Source: Lama guanicoe (Eukaryota). From it: 64,000 bases of DNA. The notes under the pieces are model-generated. The model saw only the letters and a list, made by a program, of their open reading frames with translations, was not told where the DNA came from and did not search any database. The first letter of the stretch is position 1. Each line of letters begins with the position of its first letter. Location: assembly GCA_013239625.1 (NCBI GenBank), contig MU054098.1:1737104-1801103 (forward strand), read 5' to 3'. Both the position numbers and the translations under genes were made by a program. Of the stretch, positions 13,800-26,631 are shown piece by piece.

Positions 13800-14010
13800 G
13801 CAGGTTAGATAGAAAAGAGAATTTTATCCTGACAAAAGTGCATGAAACATTAAACATTAACACTGCAGGGTTGTCTCAAAAGCCTTCTCGAGAGATCCGT
13901 ACAACATGATGGGTAATGATTTAACGCTGCTTGTGGGAGAATTATGCAAAGGTAATCCAGCAAGGAGATGTAAGCTAGACTGTCTACAGATCATTTTCAG
14001 CTTTGAGGAA
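13800..14010 (+). mobile_element. Possible L3/CR1 3' fragment
   Basis: Weak similarity to the CR1 tail (gctagactgtctacagatcattttcagctttgag). Confidence 0.35.
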
Positions 14011-14799
14011 ACTTTACTATCCTTCATGCAAACCAATGGTTTTTACAAAGCTGCCTGTAGTTCACTTTTATAGACCTCTTTGTGCATGGAAATGTTCATG
14101 AGGCTTACCTCACATTTTTAAAAAAAAAAAGTCTAGGTTCAGTGTTAGAAGCAAATGAAAGAGTGGACAGTGGTATAACAAGAGAAAGAAGAGATCTTCT
14201 CTTGTAAATGTGAACGTGTAAATACTAGGGAGTATAGTCCTGGTTAACTGCTGATAATGAGATGATTCCGTGTGGAGTGACTACTTATGACTCCTAATAA
14301 CAGTAATAGAGTTGACAAAATTTTATAATGAAAATGAAAAATCTCTGTTATACTTGATTGACTGTTAGTCAAATCTACTGCTTTGGGTCAGAAAAACACA
14401 GCTGGGGTTAGACACAGACCAGATTCCTTTATTCCTATACCAAGGATGAAAGAAACTTAAGGTCGTAAAGTCACAATGTCTTTATAGTTGTATGCCTCCT
14501 TACTAAATGACAAATCTCCAGAGAAATTACTCAAATAAAACTTAAGTAAATGCCCATCATTTTCTGAAGATTTGAGAGGTATCTTAATTGCAAATTTTCT
14601 GTGCTGATCATATTTTTCACCCAAGTATGAATTCTGTCCATAAAATACCCTGTCATACATCTGCTTTTATAAACAAAATAAAACCTTATTAAGAATTTCA
14701 CTTAATGTGAGACATTCAGATTTTGTGTGTCTCCTGTGAAAGCTTAAGTTCTGGCTAGATAATTCATTAAATAAGAAATATAAATGATTAACAAAGATG

Positions 14800-15727
14800 T
14801 ATAAAAAAGTTAAACATCACTAAACATGTATTAGAATGGCTAAGATAAAAAAAAAACTGGCAACATCAAATGCTGGTGAGAATGTGAAACAACAGGGACT
14901 CTCATTCATTACTGGTGGGAATGCAAAAATGGTACAGCCACATTGGAGGACACATTGGTAGTTTCTTACAAAACTAAGCATAGACATCATATGATTCAGC
15001 AATTCTATTCCTTGATATTTATCCAAATGAATTAAAAACATGTCCACACAAAACCTGCACATTAATAGTTAAAACAACTTTATTTATAATTGCCAAAACT
15101 TGGAAACATCCAAGGTGTCCTTCACTGGGTGAATGGATAAACAGCCATACATCCATACAGAAGAATATTATTTAGTGATAAAAAGAAATGAGTTATCAAG
15201 CCACAGAAAGACCTGGAGGAACTTTTTTTGTGAAAGAAGCAAATCTGAAAAATCTACATACTGTATGATTCCAACTATATGACATTCTGGAACAGGCAAA
15301 ACTGTGAAGACAGTAAAAAGATCAGTGGTTTACAGGGGTTAGAGAATAGGGTGAGATAACTAGGCAGAGCACAAATATTCTAGGGCAGAAAATACTATGC
15401 ATTTCATGCACTATGTAATTAACATACTATGAAAATACTATGTATGATACTATCATTGTGGATACATGTCACTATACATTTGTCAAAACTCATGGAATAC
15501 ACAACATTAAGAGTGAACCCTAATGTAAGCTATGGAATTTAGTTAATAATAATGTATCAATATTAGTGCATCATTGTAAGCAATATAACACACTAATATA
15601 AGATGTTAATAAGAGGAAAAATTGTGAAAAGGGGAGGTGAGAGAGTTTATGAAAACTGTAGTATTCACTCAATTTTTCTGTAAACCTAAATCTGTTCTAA
15701 AACATAAAGCATACTAATTTTAAAAAA
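14800..15727 (+). mobile_element. L1MC-type 3' end
   Basis: gtggatacatgtcactatacatttgtcaaaac...agagtgaaccctaatgtaagctatgg, an L1MC1-3-type 3'UTR. Confidence 0.82.
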
Positions 15728-16066
15728 CCAACAAACTTCTGAAACTGACTCAGTAAGACATAGAAAATCTGAATAGACTTATAACAAAGACATGAAAATG
15801 TTAATTAAAAAACCTTCCCACAAAGAAAAATACAGGTTTAACAGCTTTATCAATGAATTCTCCCAAATGCTTAAAGAAGAATTGATACCAATCCTTCACA
15901 GAATCTTCCAAAAAATGGAAAAGAACACTTCTCATATCATTATATAAAGTCCTGACAACAAAACTAGACAAAATTATGCCAAGAAAATAAATTACCAACC
16001 TAAAATCTCATAAATATAGACATGAAATCCTCCACAAAATATGAGCAAAGAAAACCCAGCAATATA
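15728..16066 (+). mobile_element. L1 ORF2 fragment (pre-RT/RT start), inverted continuation of the L1 at 18345-19300
   Basis: aaactgactcagtaagacatagaaaatctgaatagac...gaagaattgataccaatcc. Confidence 0.8.
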
Positions 16067-18344
16067 GTAATGTTGTTGTGCTTTTAATTTCATTCCAACT
16101 TTCACTGATGCAATATAGTAAAGCAACTTATCATTGTATATTAACCTTTTACACAACAACTTTGCTATAATTGCTTATTACTTCCCAGAGGTTTTTGATT
16201 AATTCTTTGAATTTTCTACATAAGCAATAATATTATTTGCAAATAAAAAGTTTCATTTCTTCCTTCCCAATCTGTACAGCTTTTATTTTGTTTTCTTGTC
16301 TTATTGCATTAGTCAAGATTTCCAGGACAATGTTGACTAAGAGTGGTGAGAGATGACGACATTGCCTTACTCCTGATATTAGCAGGAAATCATCTGGTTT
16401 CTTACCAAGTATGATATTAACTGAAGGCTTTCTGTAGATGTTCCTTACCAAGTTGAGGAAGATCCCCTTTATGCATAATTTGCTGAGAGTTTTTATCATG
16501 AATGTGTGTTGAATTTTGTCAATGCTCTTTCTGTTTTTGTTGATATTATTATATGATTTTTCTTCTTCAATCTGCTGAGTGAAGGATTATATTAATTGAA
16601 TTTCAAAAGTGGAGCCAGCATGAATATCTGGAATAAATCCCTCTTACTTGTGTTATGCAAATTTTTTATACATTGTTGGATTTCATTTCCTAATAATTTT
16701 GCATTTATGTTTATAAGAGATATTGGTGTATACTTTTCTTTTCCTGTAATGAGTTTACCTATTTTGGTATTACTAGCCTCACAGGATGAGTTAGGGAGTA
16801 TTCCTTCTGTTCTTTTCTAGAAGATATTCTCTAATTTTTATTATTCCTTTTATTCTTCTTACCTAGATTTAATCTGTGCTTCTTTTCCTAGATTCCTAAA
16901 GTAGAAGCTTAGATTATTAATTTCAGATCTTTCCTCCTTTCTAGTGTATGTATTAAAGGTTACAGAATTTCCTTTAAGCACTGCTTTTGCTGCATGCCAC
17001 AAATCTGCTAAGTTGTAGATTCATTTTCATTTACAATGATGTAATTTTTAAATTTCTCGAGACTTTCTTGACCCATGTGTTATTTTGAAATGTGTTGTTT
17101 AATCACCAGACTTAGTGTTATCCAACTATCTTTCTGTTGTTGATTTCTTGTTCAATTTCACTGTAGTCTGAGAGCACATTTTGTGTGATTAATAATCTTT
17201 TAAATTTATTAAGTTGTGTTGTATCGCCCAGAATGTGGTTTATCTTGGTAAATGCTCTGTGAGCTTGAGAAGAAAATTCATTCTGCTGCTATTGGATGAA
17301 GTATTTTGTAAATGTCAATTAGATCCAGTTGATTGATGGTGTTGTTCAGTTCAACTATGTCCCTACTGTTTTTCTGCTGGTAGGATCTTTCAATTACTGA
17401 AAGAGGGGGTGTTGAAGTCTCCAAATATAATAGTGGATTCATTTATTTCTCCTTGAAGTTCTATTCATTTTTGCCTCACATATGGTGACAGTCTGTTGTT
17501 CAGTGTATACACATTCAGGATCATTATTTCTTCTTAGAGAATTGGTCTCTTTATCATCATGTAACACCCCCCTGTATCTCTGATACTTTTCCTTACTCTG
17601 AATCTGCTCTGTCTGGATATAAATAAATATTAATTTAACTATTCTAGTTTTCTTTTGATTATTATTAAAATGGTTTATCTTTCTTCATCCCTACACTTTT
17701 AAAAAATCTGTCTTTATATTTATTGGAAGTTTCTTGTAGACAACATAAAGTTTCTTGTAGAAAACATATAAACATTTGTTTTTTATATCCACTTGGGTAG
17801 TCTCTATCTTTTAATTTTTGCATTTAGAGCATTGATGTTTAAAATGATTATTGATATAGTCAGATTAATATCTTATCATATTTGCTTCTGTTTCTATTTG
17901 TTGCCCTTGTTGTTTCTTTTTTGTCTTCATTTTTCTTCTGCCTTAGGTAGTTTTAATTGAGTATTTTATGATTTTAATTTTTCTCCTCTTAGTATATCAA
18001 TTACATTTTTAAAAACCTTTTTAATGGTTACCTTTGAGTTTACAAAATAAATTTATATATGTAATCCACATTCAGATAACACTACATAATGTCATGGATA
18101 GTGCAGGCACTTTGTAACATTGTTCCAATGGAGATTTCTGCTCCTGGGCTACTGCTCCAGTAAACTACAATTCTCTGTATTCCCCTGTCTCTCTCTCTCC
18201 AATTTTGAGGGGCAGCAGTTTGACCTATGATCTCAATTCTATGATGGATGAAAAAAGAGTTGTTGATTTTCAGTCTGTTCAGCTTTCTTCTTGTGAAGAT
18301 GAGAGTGATGACTTCTAGCTCCTTACTGAACCAGAAACCAAAAG
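16067..18344 (-). mobile_element. L1MC-type body (RT, EN and 5' end, with deletions)
   Basis: Minus ORF 16233-16499 (GVRQCRHLSPLLVNIVLEIL, decayed RT motif); L1M 5'-end-like sequence at 18130-18344. Confidence 0.82.
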
Positions 18345-19300
18345 CAGTAGTTTTTATTGTCTAGGAATGTTAACATCTTATCTTAGTTATCTACTTGTTG
18401 GCATAAAATTGTTCACCATATTCCCTTATTATTCTTCTTATTTCTATAAGATCAATAGTGGTGTCTCCTCTTTCATTTCTAATTTTCATTCTTCTCTCAA
18501 AAAACTTTTATTTGATCAGTATAGGTACAAGTTTGTCAATTTTGTTTATTTTTCAAAGAACCAACTTTGTTTACCTTGATTATCTCTATTATTTTTTATT
18601 TACTATTTCTTCCCTAAGCTTCATTATTTTCTTCATTCTGCTTGCTTTGTTTTTAGTTTGCTTTCATTTTTCCCCATGTCTTAGATAGAAGGTATAGTTA
18701 CTGATTTGGGAGCTTTCTTGTATTTTAATATGGGCATTTAAAATTATAAACATCCTTGTAAGCACAGCTCTAGCTGTAACCCGTAAGTTTTTGTATATAG
18801 TGTTTTTTTCTTTTCATTTTTCTCAAAGTATTTTCTAAATTTTTGGTAATTGTGTGACTCATTCGTTATTTACAATTGTATTCTTAAATTTTCACATATT
18901 TCTGAATTTCCAAAATTTCTTTCTTTTACTCATTTCCAATATTATTTTATTGTGAGTAACAAACATATGTTGTATGATTTTAATCTTTTTAAATGTATTT
19001 TGATGCTTATTTTATGGCATATCATACAGTCTATCCTGGGCAGTCTTCCATGTGCAGTGAAAAAGGTGTATTCTGCTGTTTGAGAGGTAGAGTATTCTGC
19101 AGATGCCTTTTAGGTCTAGTTGATTCATGGTGTTATTCATGTCCTCTATTTCCTTGTTGATCTTCTGCTTAGCTATTCCATCTACTACTGAAAGTGAGGT
19201 ATTGAAGTCTAAAACTATTATTGGTGAATTGTCTATTTCTCTCTTCAGTTCTTTCAGTATTTTCTTCATGTATTTAGGACTCTCTTGTTAGGTAAAAACA
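18345..19300 (-). mobile_element. Older L1 ORF2 (EN/linker region)
   Basis: Minus ORF 19012-19269 (IIVLDFNTSLS, EN motif); resumes at 21722. Confidence 0.82.
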
Positions 19301-19383
19301 TGTATCTTTGTCTGCTAGTGCTGCTATAACAAACTACCACAGACCGGGTAGCTTAAACAACATGATTTATTTTCTACATTTCT
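19301..19383 (-). mobile_element. Extra MLT1 LTR terminal fragment
   Basis: tgctataacaaactaccacagaccgggtagcttaaacaac resembles the starts at 19651 and 21364. Confidence 0.7.
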
Positions 19384-19650
19384 CCATTTTTCTGTTGATG
19401 GGCACTTGAGTTGTTTCTATCTTTTGGCTATTGTAAATAAAGCTGCAATAAACACTGACACACAATTATTTGTTTGGACCCCTGCTTTCAATTGCTTTAG
19501 GTATGTACCTGGATTGGAACAGCTGAGTTATATGGTAATACTATGTTTGACTTTTTGAGGAACTCCTCCAAACTATTTGCCATGGCAACTGTGACATTTA
19601 ACATTCCCACCAGCAATGAATGAGGGTTCCAATTTCCCCATATCCTCAAC
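19384..19650 (-). mobile_element. L1 ORF2 C-terminal fragment
   Basis: gttgatgggcacttgagttgtttc...acattcccaccagcaatg. Confidence 0.8.
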
Positions 19651-21721
19651 ATATTAGTTGGCTAGGACTGCCATGACAAAATGCCACAGACTGGGTGACT
19701 TAAACAAAGTATTATTTTTACAGTTCTGGAGGCTACAAGTCTAAGACCTAAGTGTTGGCAGGTTTGGTTTCTCATAAGGCCTCTTTTCTTGTCTTGAAGA
19801 TGGTCATCTTCTCACTGTGTCCTCAACATGGCCTTTTATCTATGCAAAGGCATCCCTGGTACCTCTTCCTCTTCTTATAAGGACATCAGTCATATTGGAT
19901 TAGGGGCCCCACCTTATGACTTCATTTAACCTTAATTACCACTTGAAAGGCTCTATCTCCAAGTATAATCACACTGGGAGTTAAGGATTCAACATATGAA
20001 TTGGAGAGGGGCTCAATTCAGTCCATAACACTTTGCCCTCTGAATCCTAAAAATTCATGTCCTTGTTATATGTAAAGTATGTTCACCTCCATCCCAACAT
20101 GCCCCAAAGTCTTAATCCATTGCAGCATCAACTCTAAGTCCAAAATCTCATCTAAAGAATCATCTAAATGAGGTATGGGTTAGACTAGAGGTATGATTCA
20201 CCCTGATGCAAAATTCTGCTTCAGCTGGTACCCTGTGGACCCAAACAAGTTATCTTCTTTCAAAATGCAGTGATTGGGGCAGTTATAGGATAGATATTCC
20301 CATCATAAGAGGAGGAAATAGGAAAGAAGAAAGAGGTGATGGGTTCCAAGGAAGTCCAAAACCTAGCAAGGTAAATTCCACTAGATTGTTAAAGCTCTAG
20401 AATAATCCTCTTTGGTTTGATACTTTGCCCTCCAGGACCAATGTGGTGGCAACTCCACCTTCTGTGCCTAATGGTTAGTAGATCCAGAACCTTGGCTCTG
20501 GATGGCGGCTTTGCCCCTGAGTTCCTGGGGGGCAGCAGCCTGGTCCACTGAAACTGTGAAAGAGTAAATCTCACCTCCTCCTGGAACTGAACCCTCCAGG
20601 TCCATAGAGAGAGTAGTAGCCCTGTCACTCTGAACTGTCTTCAGGTTCATTCTTCTTGAAAGACAATGCATGTTCATAGTCAGATAGTTCTTTTGTCCTG
20701 TCCTGTAGTATTCCAGAAGTTTGGCAGCCTCCCTTCATTTTCTCCTTTGTCCCCTTCAGTCCAATTTGGCATAATTTCTATTGAAGTGGTTGATTGGTTC
20801 CAAGTCACATTGGTACTAATCTCTTTATGAAATGGTTGTCTAGCCATCCTCTTGGAGCTCTCTCCAGTATATACCTTATTTTTTTTGTAATATGCATAGG
20901 CTGTTAAGTTTCTAGATCTTCATATTCTGGTTCCTTTTTACTTTAACAATTACTTCTGCAAATCATCTCTCTCACATTTTACACTAAGAAGTAAGAGAAA
21001 TCAGGCCATACCATAAAACTTTGCTTAAAAATCTCCTTAGCTCAATATCCAAGGTCATCACTTACAATTTCTGCTTTCCATAAAACACTAAAACATATTT
21101 TGGCCAAGTTTTTTGCCTCTTTATAACAAGGATTGACTTTCTTCCGGTTTCCAATAACATGCTTCTTATTTGTCTGAGATTTCACCAGAATCACCTTTAC
21201 TTTCCACATTCCTACCAACAGTCTCTTCAAGGCAATCTAGCCTTTTTCTAGCAGGTATCTCAAAACTCCTGTAGCCTCTACCTATTTATTACCTAGTTCC
21301 AAAATCATGTCAGCATTTTTATGTATTTGTTATAGTGGCAGCACACTTCACAGTACCAAAACTTGTCTCAGTCAGCTAGGGTTATCATTAAAAAATACCA
21401 CATACTGGGTAGTTTAAACAACAGAAATTTATCATCTCATGGTTCTGGATCTGCTAGTCCAAGATCAAGGTACTAGCAGGGTTAATTTCTGCTGAGGTCT
21501 CTCTCCTTGGCTAACCTTCTCACTGTGTCTTCACATGGCCTTTTCTTCGATGTCTCTTCCTCTTCTAATCAGGACACCAGCCACATTGGATTAGGGCCTG
21601 ATTCTTATAACTCAGCTGAAATTAATTACCTCCTTAAAGGTCCTATCTCCAAATCCAGTCAAAATGGGAGTTAGAGCTTTAACATACAAATTTGGAGGAG
21701 GACACAATGTAGTACATGACA
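19651..21721 (-). mobile_element. Two-LTR MaLR provirus (MLT1A/B-like LTR, internal region, LTR)
   Basis: Homologous LTRs 19651-20030 and 21364-21721; about 1.3 kb non-coding internal region; purine tract (rc of ctttgccctctg) beside the 3' LTR and ttttggtactg beside the 5' LTR on the minus strand. Confidence 0.85.
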
Positions 21722-22520
21722 TATGTTCAAAATTATTTATTCCTACTGTAGTGACTCTTTGTCATTATAAAGTGCCCCCTTTATCTCTAGTCATATTTTG
21801 TTTTAAATTCTATTAGTATAACCACTCTAACACTTTTTTGGTTACATATCTTTTTCATTGTTTGGCATTTCAGTTATTTCGATCTTAAATCTAAAGTGTG
21901 CCTTCTACAAACTGCATATAGCTGGATCTTGTTTTTTTAAATTTATGCTGATAATACCTGCCTTTTGATTGGACTGTTTAATCTATTCACATTTAACGTA
22001 TTATTGACATGGTTCAACTTATATCTGCCATTTTACTTTTTGTTTTCTATATGTCTCATGGGTCTTTTGTTCATCTGTTCTTCTTTTACTGCTATTTTTT
22101 AATAAGTGACTATTTCCCAGTGTAATATATTCATTCCCTCAAATATTTTGTAAATAATCATTTTTAGATTTTTTTTCTTTTAGCTGTTGCCCTAGGGCTT
22201 ACAATATACATCATAAATTATCAGAATCCATTTCATATTTATACTATTTCCTGTGGGACATAAAAACATTATCTCTATATAGCTCTATTCCCTCTTATTC
22301 TATTTCACGTGCTATTGTTTGTTTTATATATTACATCTATGTATGTCACAAATGCAGTGCACTTTTATAATTATTACCTTATAAGATAAACATGTCATTT
22401 AAAAGTGCTGAAAGAAGAAAGGAGACAAAGTATTTATTTATCAAACTTGTTATATTAGTCTTTTTGATTATTTCTGGATCTGTTAATTTCCTGATACAAA
22501 TTGAAGTTACTGTTTGATGT
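21722..22520 (-). mobile_element. Older L1 continuation (ORF2 N-terminus and upstream)
   Basis: Resumes EN-region sequence interrupted at 19300. Confidence 0.7.
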
Positions 22521-25500
22521 CATTTAAAGTTTTTAATACATTTTTGCGTTTTTTTCTAGAAAGTTTACATAATTTTATTAAAATTACTCTTTGGCATTTA
22601 TCTTTGATGCTATTTTAAAAGGTACATTTCCCTTTTCATCATTTTCTGTTTTTTACTATAGTATATAAGTGAGTTTTGTACTATATTCTGAAAACAAAAA
22701 CACTGTATTCTCTACGATTCCTAAAAATATATGTATCTAAATTATTTGGATTTTCTACAGAGACAATCATGTTTATAAAACATGACAGTTCTGTGACTTG
22801 AGAGCAGTTGTCTTACTCCAAATCTTAAAAAAAAAAACACTATGTATACTATAAGTTTCATTTTTAATGCTCATTATCTGATTAAAGAAATACCCTTCTA
22901 CTCTTAGTTTGCTAAGAATTTCTATCATGATTGAATAAAGAATTTTATGAATTTTTCTATTTGCATTAAAATTATTCTCTCATATTCTTTTAATGTTGTG
23001 AATTACATTAATTCCTTTTCTAATGTTAATACAACCTGAAGTTTCTGGAATAATCCCAATGTGTTGAAGATACTATGTTTTATAACCATTGCTGGGTCCT
23101 GTTTATTAATATGTTGTTTAGAAATTTGACCTATATTCAGAATGACTTTGTCCTATAATTTTCAGGTACTTTTTTGGGGTCAGGATTTGGTGTCAACGTT
23201 ATGATAGCCTCATAAAATGAAATAGAAACTTTCCCTTCTTTTTATCTACTCTGGAACAATATGTAGAAGACAGAAATAATATGTTCCTTAGATACTTGAT
23301 ATTATTCACTATTAAAAATTGTACAGGCACAGAAGTTTATTTGTAGTAAGATTTACATTAATTATTTAATTTCTCTAATAATTATGGTATTATTCATATT
23401 GTATGTTTCTTCTTGAGATACTTTGTTATGTTTTTCTAGAGATCTTTCCATGTTATATAAGGTATTAAATGTATTGGTGTTCATTATATCCTCTTGCCTT
23501 TTTAAAAACAGCTTTAGTTATTGTATATATCCTTCTGCTTCCCTAATATTGTACATCTTGTACCATGCCTTTTACTTTTTTATCCCTTGCTCACTTCTAA
23601 CAGTGATTCATCTATTTTATTTTTTCTTCCTAAAGAGCTAACTCTTGGCTGTGTTGGTACTCTTTATTTTATGTTTATTTTGTATTTCACTAACCTCTAC
23701 TTTTCGTTCTTTCCTTATTTAACATTTCTTTACATTTATTTTTCTATTCTTTTTCTAAATTCTTACAATATATGCTTGTCATTAACTTCCAGCCTTTCTT
23801 TCCTTTAATATAAGCATTTAAGGCTATTATAATTTCCCTCTATTGACTTAGCTGAATCTAAATTTTGTCATGTTGCATTTTTTAAAGATTTCCAGGTATT
23901 TTGTAAGTTCCATTTTTTTTATTTCTCCTTTAATTTGGTAATTATTGAAAAGTGTATCTTCATTTCAAGATATATGGGGATTTTTTTAGTTACCTGTTGA
24001 TTTCTAACTTAATCACATTGTGGTCAGAAACTGTTGCCTATATGATAATCATCATTTGAAATTCAAAGATAATCACCTTCCAAGTGAACAATATAAAAAC
24101 CTGAGAAGACTATAAGCCTGATTCAATTTCACTAAACCTCCTCTGGACTTATATGCTACCATTATCTAGTATTTGGTTTTCTTATTCCTCAAGACATCAT
24201 TATTAATTATTATTTTAAATATTCCATGTATGTTTATGTTTACCCATGGACTTATGATTTTATTTCTTCAGTATTCCTTCTTGCTTTTCAAACCTTCCAA
24301 CTCACATCACATTTTTGTTGTTTAGAGAACTATAGTTTGTCAGTTGCTTTCAGATCACTTTGTCTTTGGTATTCTATAGTTTCAACATAATGTCTCTAGG
24401 TGTTGATTTCACTTTTTTAATCTTGCTTGGGATTAGTTAGGCCTCTTTGAATCCATGTGTTGATGTCTTCTAATAGTTTTACAAAAAGTTCAAACTTTAT
24501 GTCTTCAAATATTTCCCCTGTTCCACTCTCAATTTCTTCTCCCTTTGGATCTCTGATTAAACGTAAGTTAGATCTTCTCAGTCTATCCTACAAGTTCGTT
24601 AACCCTTCTTTCATATTTCCCATCTCTTCATCTCTTTGGACTGTATTCTGTATATTTTCTTCAGTTGTTTATTATAGTTCACTAAAATTCTATTTAATTG
24701 TGTGCAATCCATTGTTAAACTCACCCACAAAATTTTCCATTTCAATTTTAACACATTCCATTATTATGGATTTGTATGGTTTGTTTTAATATCCACTTGC
24801 TTTTTACTTTTATTTTTTAATTCTCTCTTTAACTTACTGAAATATGGAAAACAAACTTATTTTATATCCTGAGTCTGATAGTTACAAACATGAAGTTTTT
24901 TGGCTCTTATTCTGTTGTCTTTTGTTCCTACTGGCTCTCACTCATGGTGACTTCTTCATAAATTTAATTATTTTTTCTCATTTTCCTTTGATCTCTATCT
25001 CTGGGAATTATTTTGCACTTGAGTAAAGGTGACTCCTCAAAAGAGGACTTGAGTTTGGTTCTGTCAGTCACTTGGAGGAACCGCCAGTCTGGATTTGCTT
25101 TAAACTAAATATTTAGCTTTAGGTCTTCCATGCTACCTAGGTAGCATGTATTTGGGCTGTACACCTGAAAGAGGACTAGCATGCTATTTAAAAATCTCAA
25201 GAGGGGATTACTTCACATTCCTACCAAGGTTCAAAGCAGATAGTATAGTTTTCCTTGTAGTTTCCTGGATAAGGAACAGATTTATTTCTAGTTAACCCTT
25301 AAACTGTGGGTATGGCTCTTTGGGTCCCAAGCGTTGTAGAAGGCTCTCCTGTTTGATTCCTCATCTTAGGTGGATCATAGGCTTTGGCTCCTATTCCGTG
25401 AGCTCCACAAGACTGTGAAAAACAAAGTTTGTTAGGCTCAGAAAATGCTCTGAAAGTAAAAGTTGGCTTTGGAGAGCTGCTGAGCCCTTTTGGGTCCTTG

Positions 25501-25665
25501 CCTTGGGTCTTCACTTCGGATCCTGAATAATAATTTCTTATTTTCTTTCCAGCTTGTAGGTGTATTCAAAAAGATTTATAAAGTGTTTGTATTCACTTTG
25601 TTTTGTTTTTTGTGGAAGAGTCAGTATGGACACCTGGTCTGCCAGTTTACTAGAAACAAAAATGA
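22520..25665 (-). mobile_element. Ancient L1ME-type fragments (ORF2, ORF1 and 5' region)
   Basis: Highly decayed T-rich L1; ORF1-like antisense at 24350-24760 (tcttcaaatatttcccctg). Confidence 0.65.
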
Positions 25666-25689
25666 TTGCTATCTTTTCCATGTGGTAGT

Positions 25690-26220
25690 ACTCAATTCTG
25701 GTAAGAATACAGTGAGACAGACACTCTCTTATATATACTGGTGGCTGTATAGATAGGTATAATCATCCTGGATAATAAAACGTACAAAGAGCCTTATAAA
25801 TAGTCATATACTTGGGCATAATAACTGTAAATGTAGTTTATGTCCTAGGGATATGATAAGAAATGCAGAAAAGCGAATTTTGTTTATGGGTTAAAGCATG
25901 GTACACATCCATATAACATTATATAGCAATTATAGCTGTATTTTAGAAAAATATATAGGGACATGTGGAAATGCTTACAATATAATACTAAATAAAAAAT
26001 TAGGATACAAAATTATACACAAAGCATTGTACTACGCATACAGAAAAAGTGTTGAGTTGAAATAATTACTAGACATTTTGTTGGGTATCTGTTGGAAAAA
26101 TATGAGTGCTTTTAGTTAACTTTAATTTTTTTTTCTGTATTTTCAAAATTTTTCTGTATCTTTAAACTTTCCTGTATCTCTTTTGAAATAAACTTTTATT
26201 TATAAAAGAAAAATAAAGGG
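25690..26220. mobile_element. L1ME 3' fragments
   Basis: acatgtggaaatgcttacaatataatactaaataaaaaattaggatacaaaattat. Confidence 0.5.
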
Positions 26221-26631
26221 ATTCTTTTTCTTTGCCATTTTTCTTTGTTTTTAAATAGAAGTCCTAGACAGTAAAATGGTCTTAAATGTTGGTACTCTGA
26301 AAAATTGACCTTTCCTAGTGCTTCAATAACACACTTCATTCTGCCAGTGTTTAATGATTAAGAATGTCCTTTGTGTAAAAGATAGCACTTTTAATGAATG
26401 ATTTGAAAAATTATACCTGATTAAAGGTGATTAAGAAACAGCCTGAAAAATAGTCAGTCTGGTGTTTTCAGGCATTTTAACAAGCAGAAAGAATTTACTG
26501 CAAAGGTGATCCCATTGATTATGCAAAAGCGCCATCATTAAGAGGTCTGGAAAAAACAGCTTGACCTAAAACAAGCTTCTCTAGCAACCCGTAAACTTGG
26601 GCCAACTCTGCATGCTCTTAATATTATTTCT

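Noticed and set aside
14457..14660. 67-aa minus ORF with nearby acceptor-like sequence
   Set aside because: Unrecognised peptide and weak splice signals.
17727..17768. 21-bp tandem duplication
   Set aside because: Ordinary slippage inside a decayed L1.
20206..20677. ORFs in the MaLR internal region as retroviral genes
   Set aside because: Short, with no gag, pol or env motifs; MaLR interiors lack pol and are decayed.
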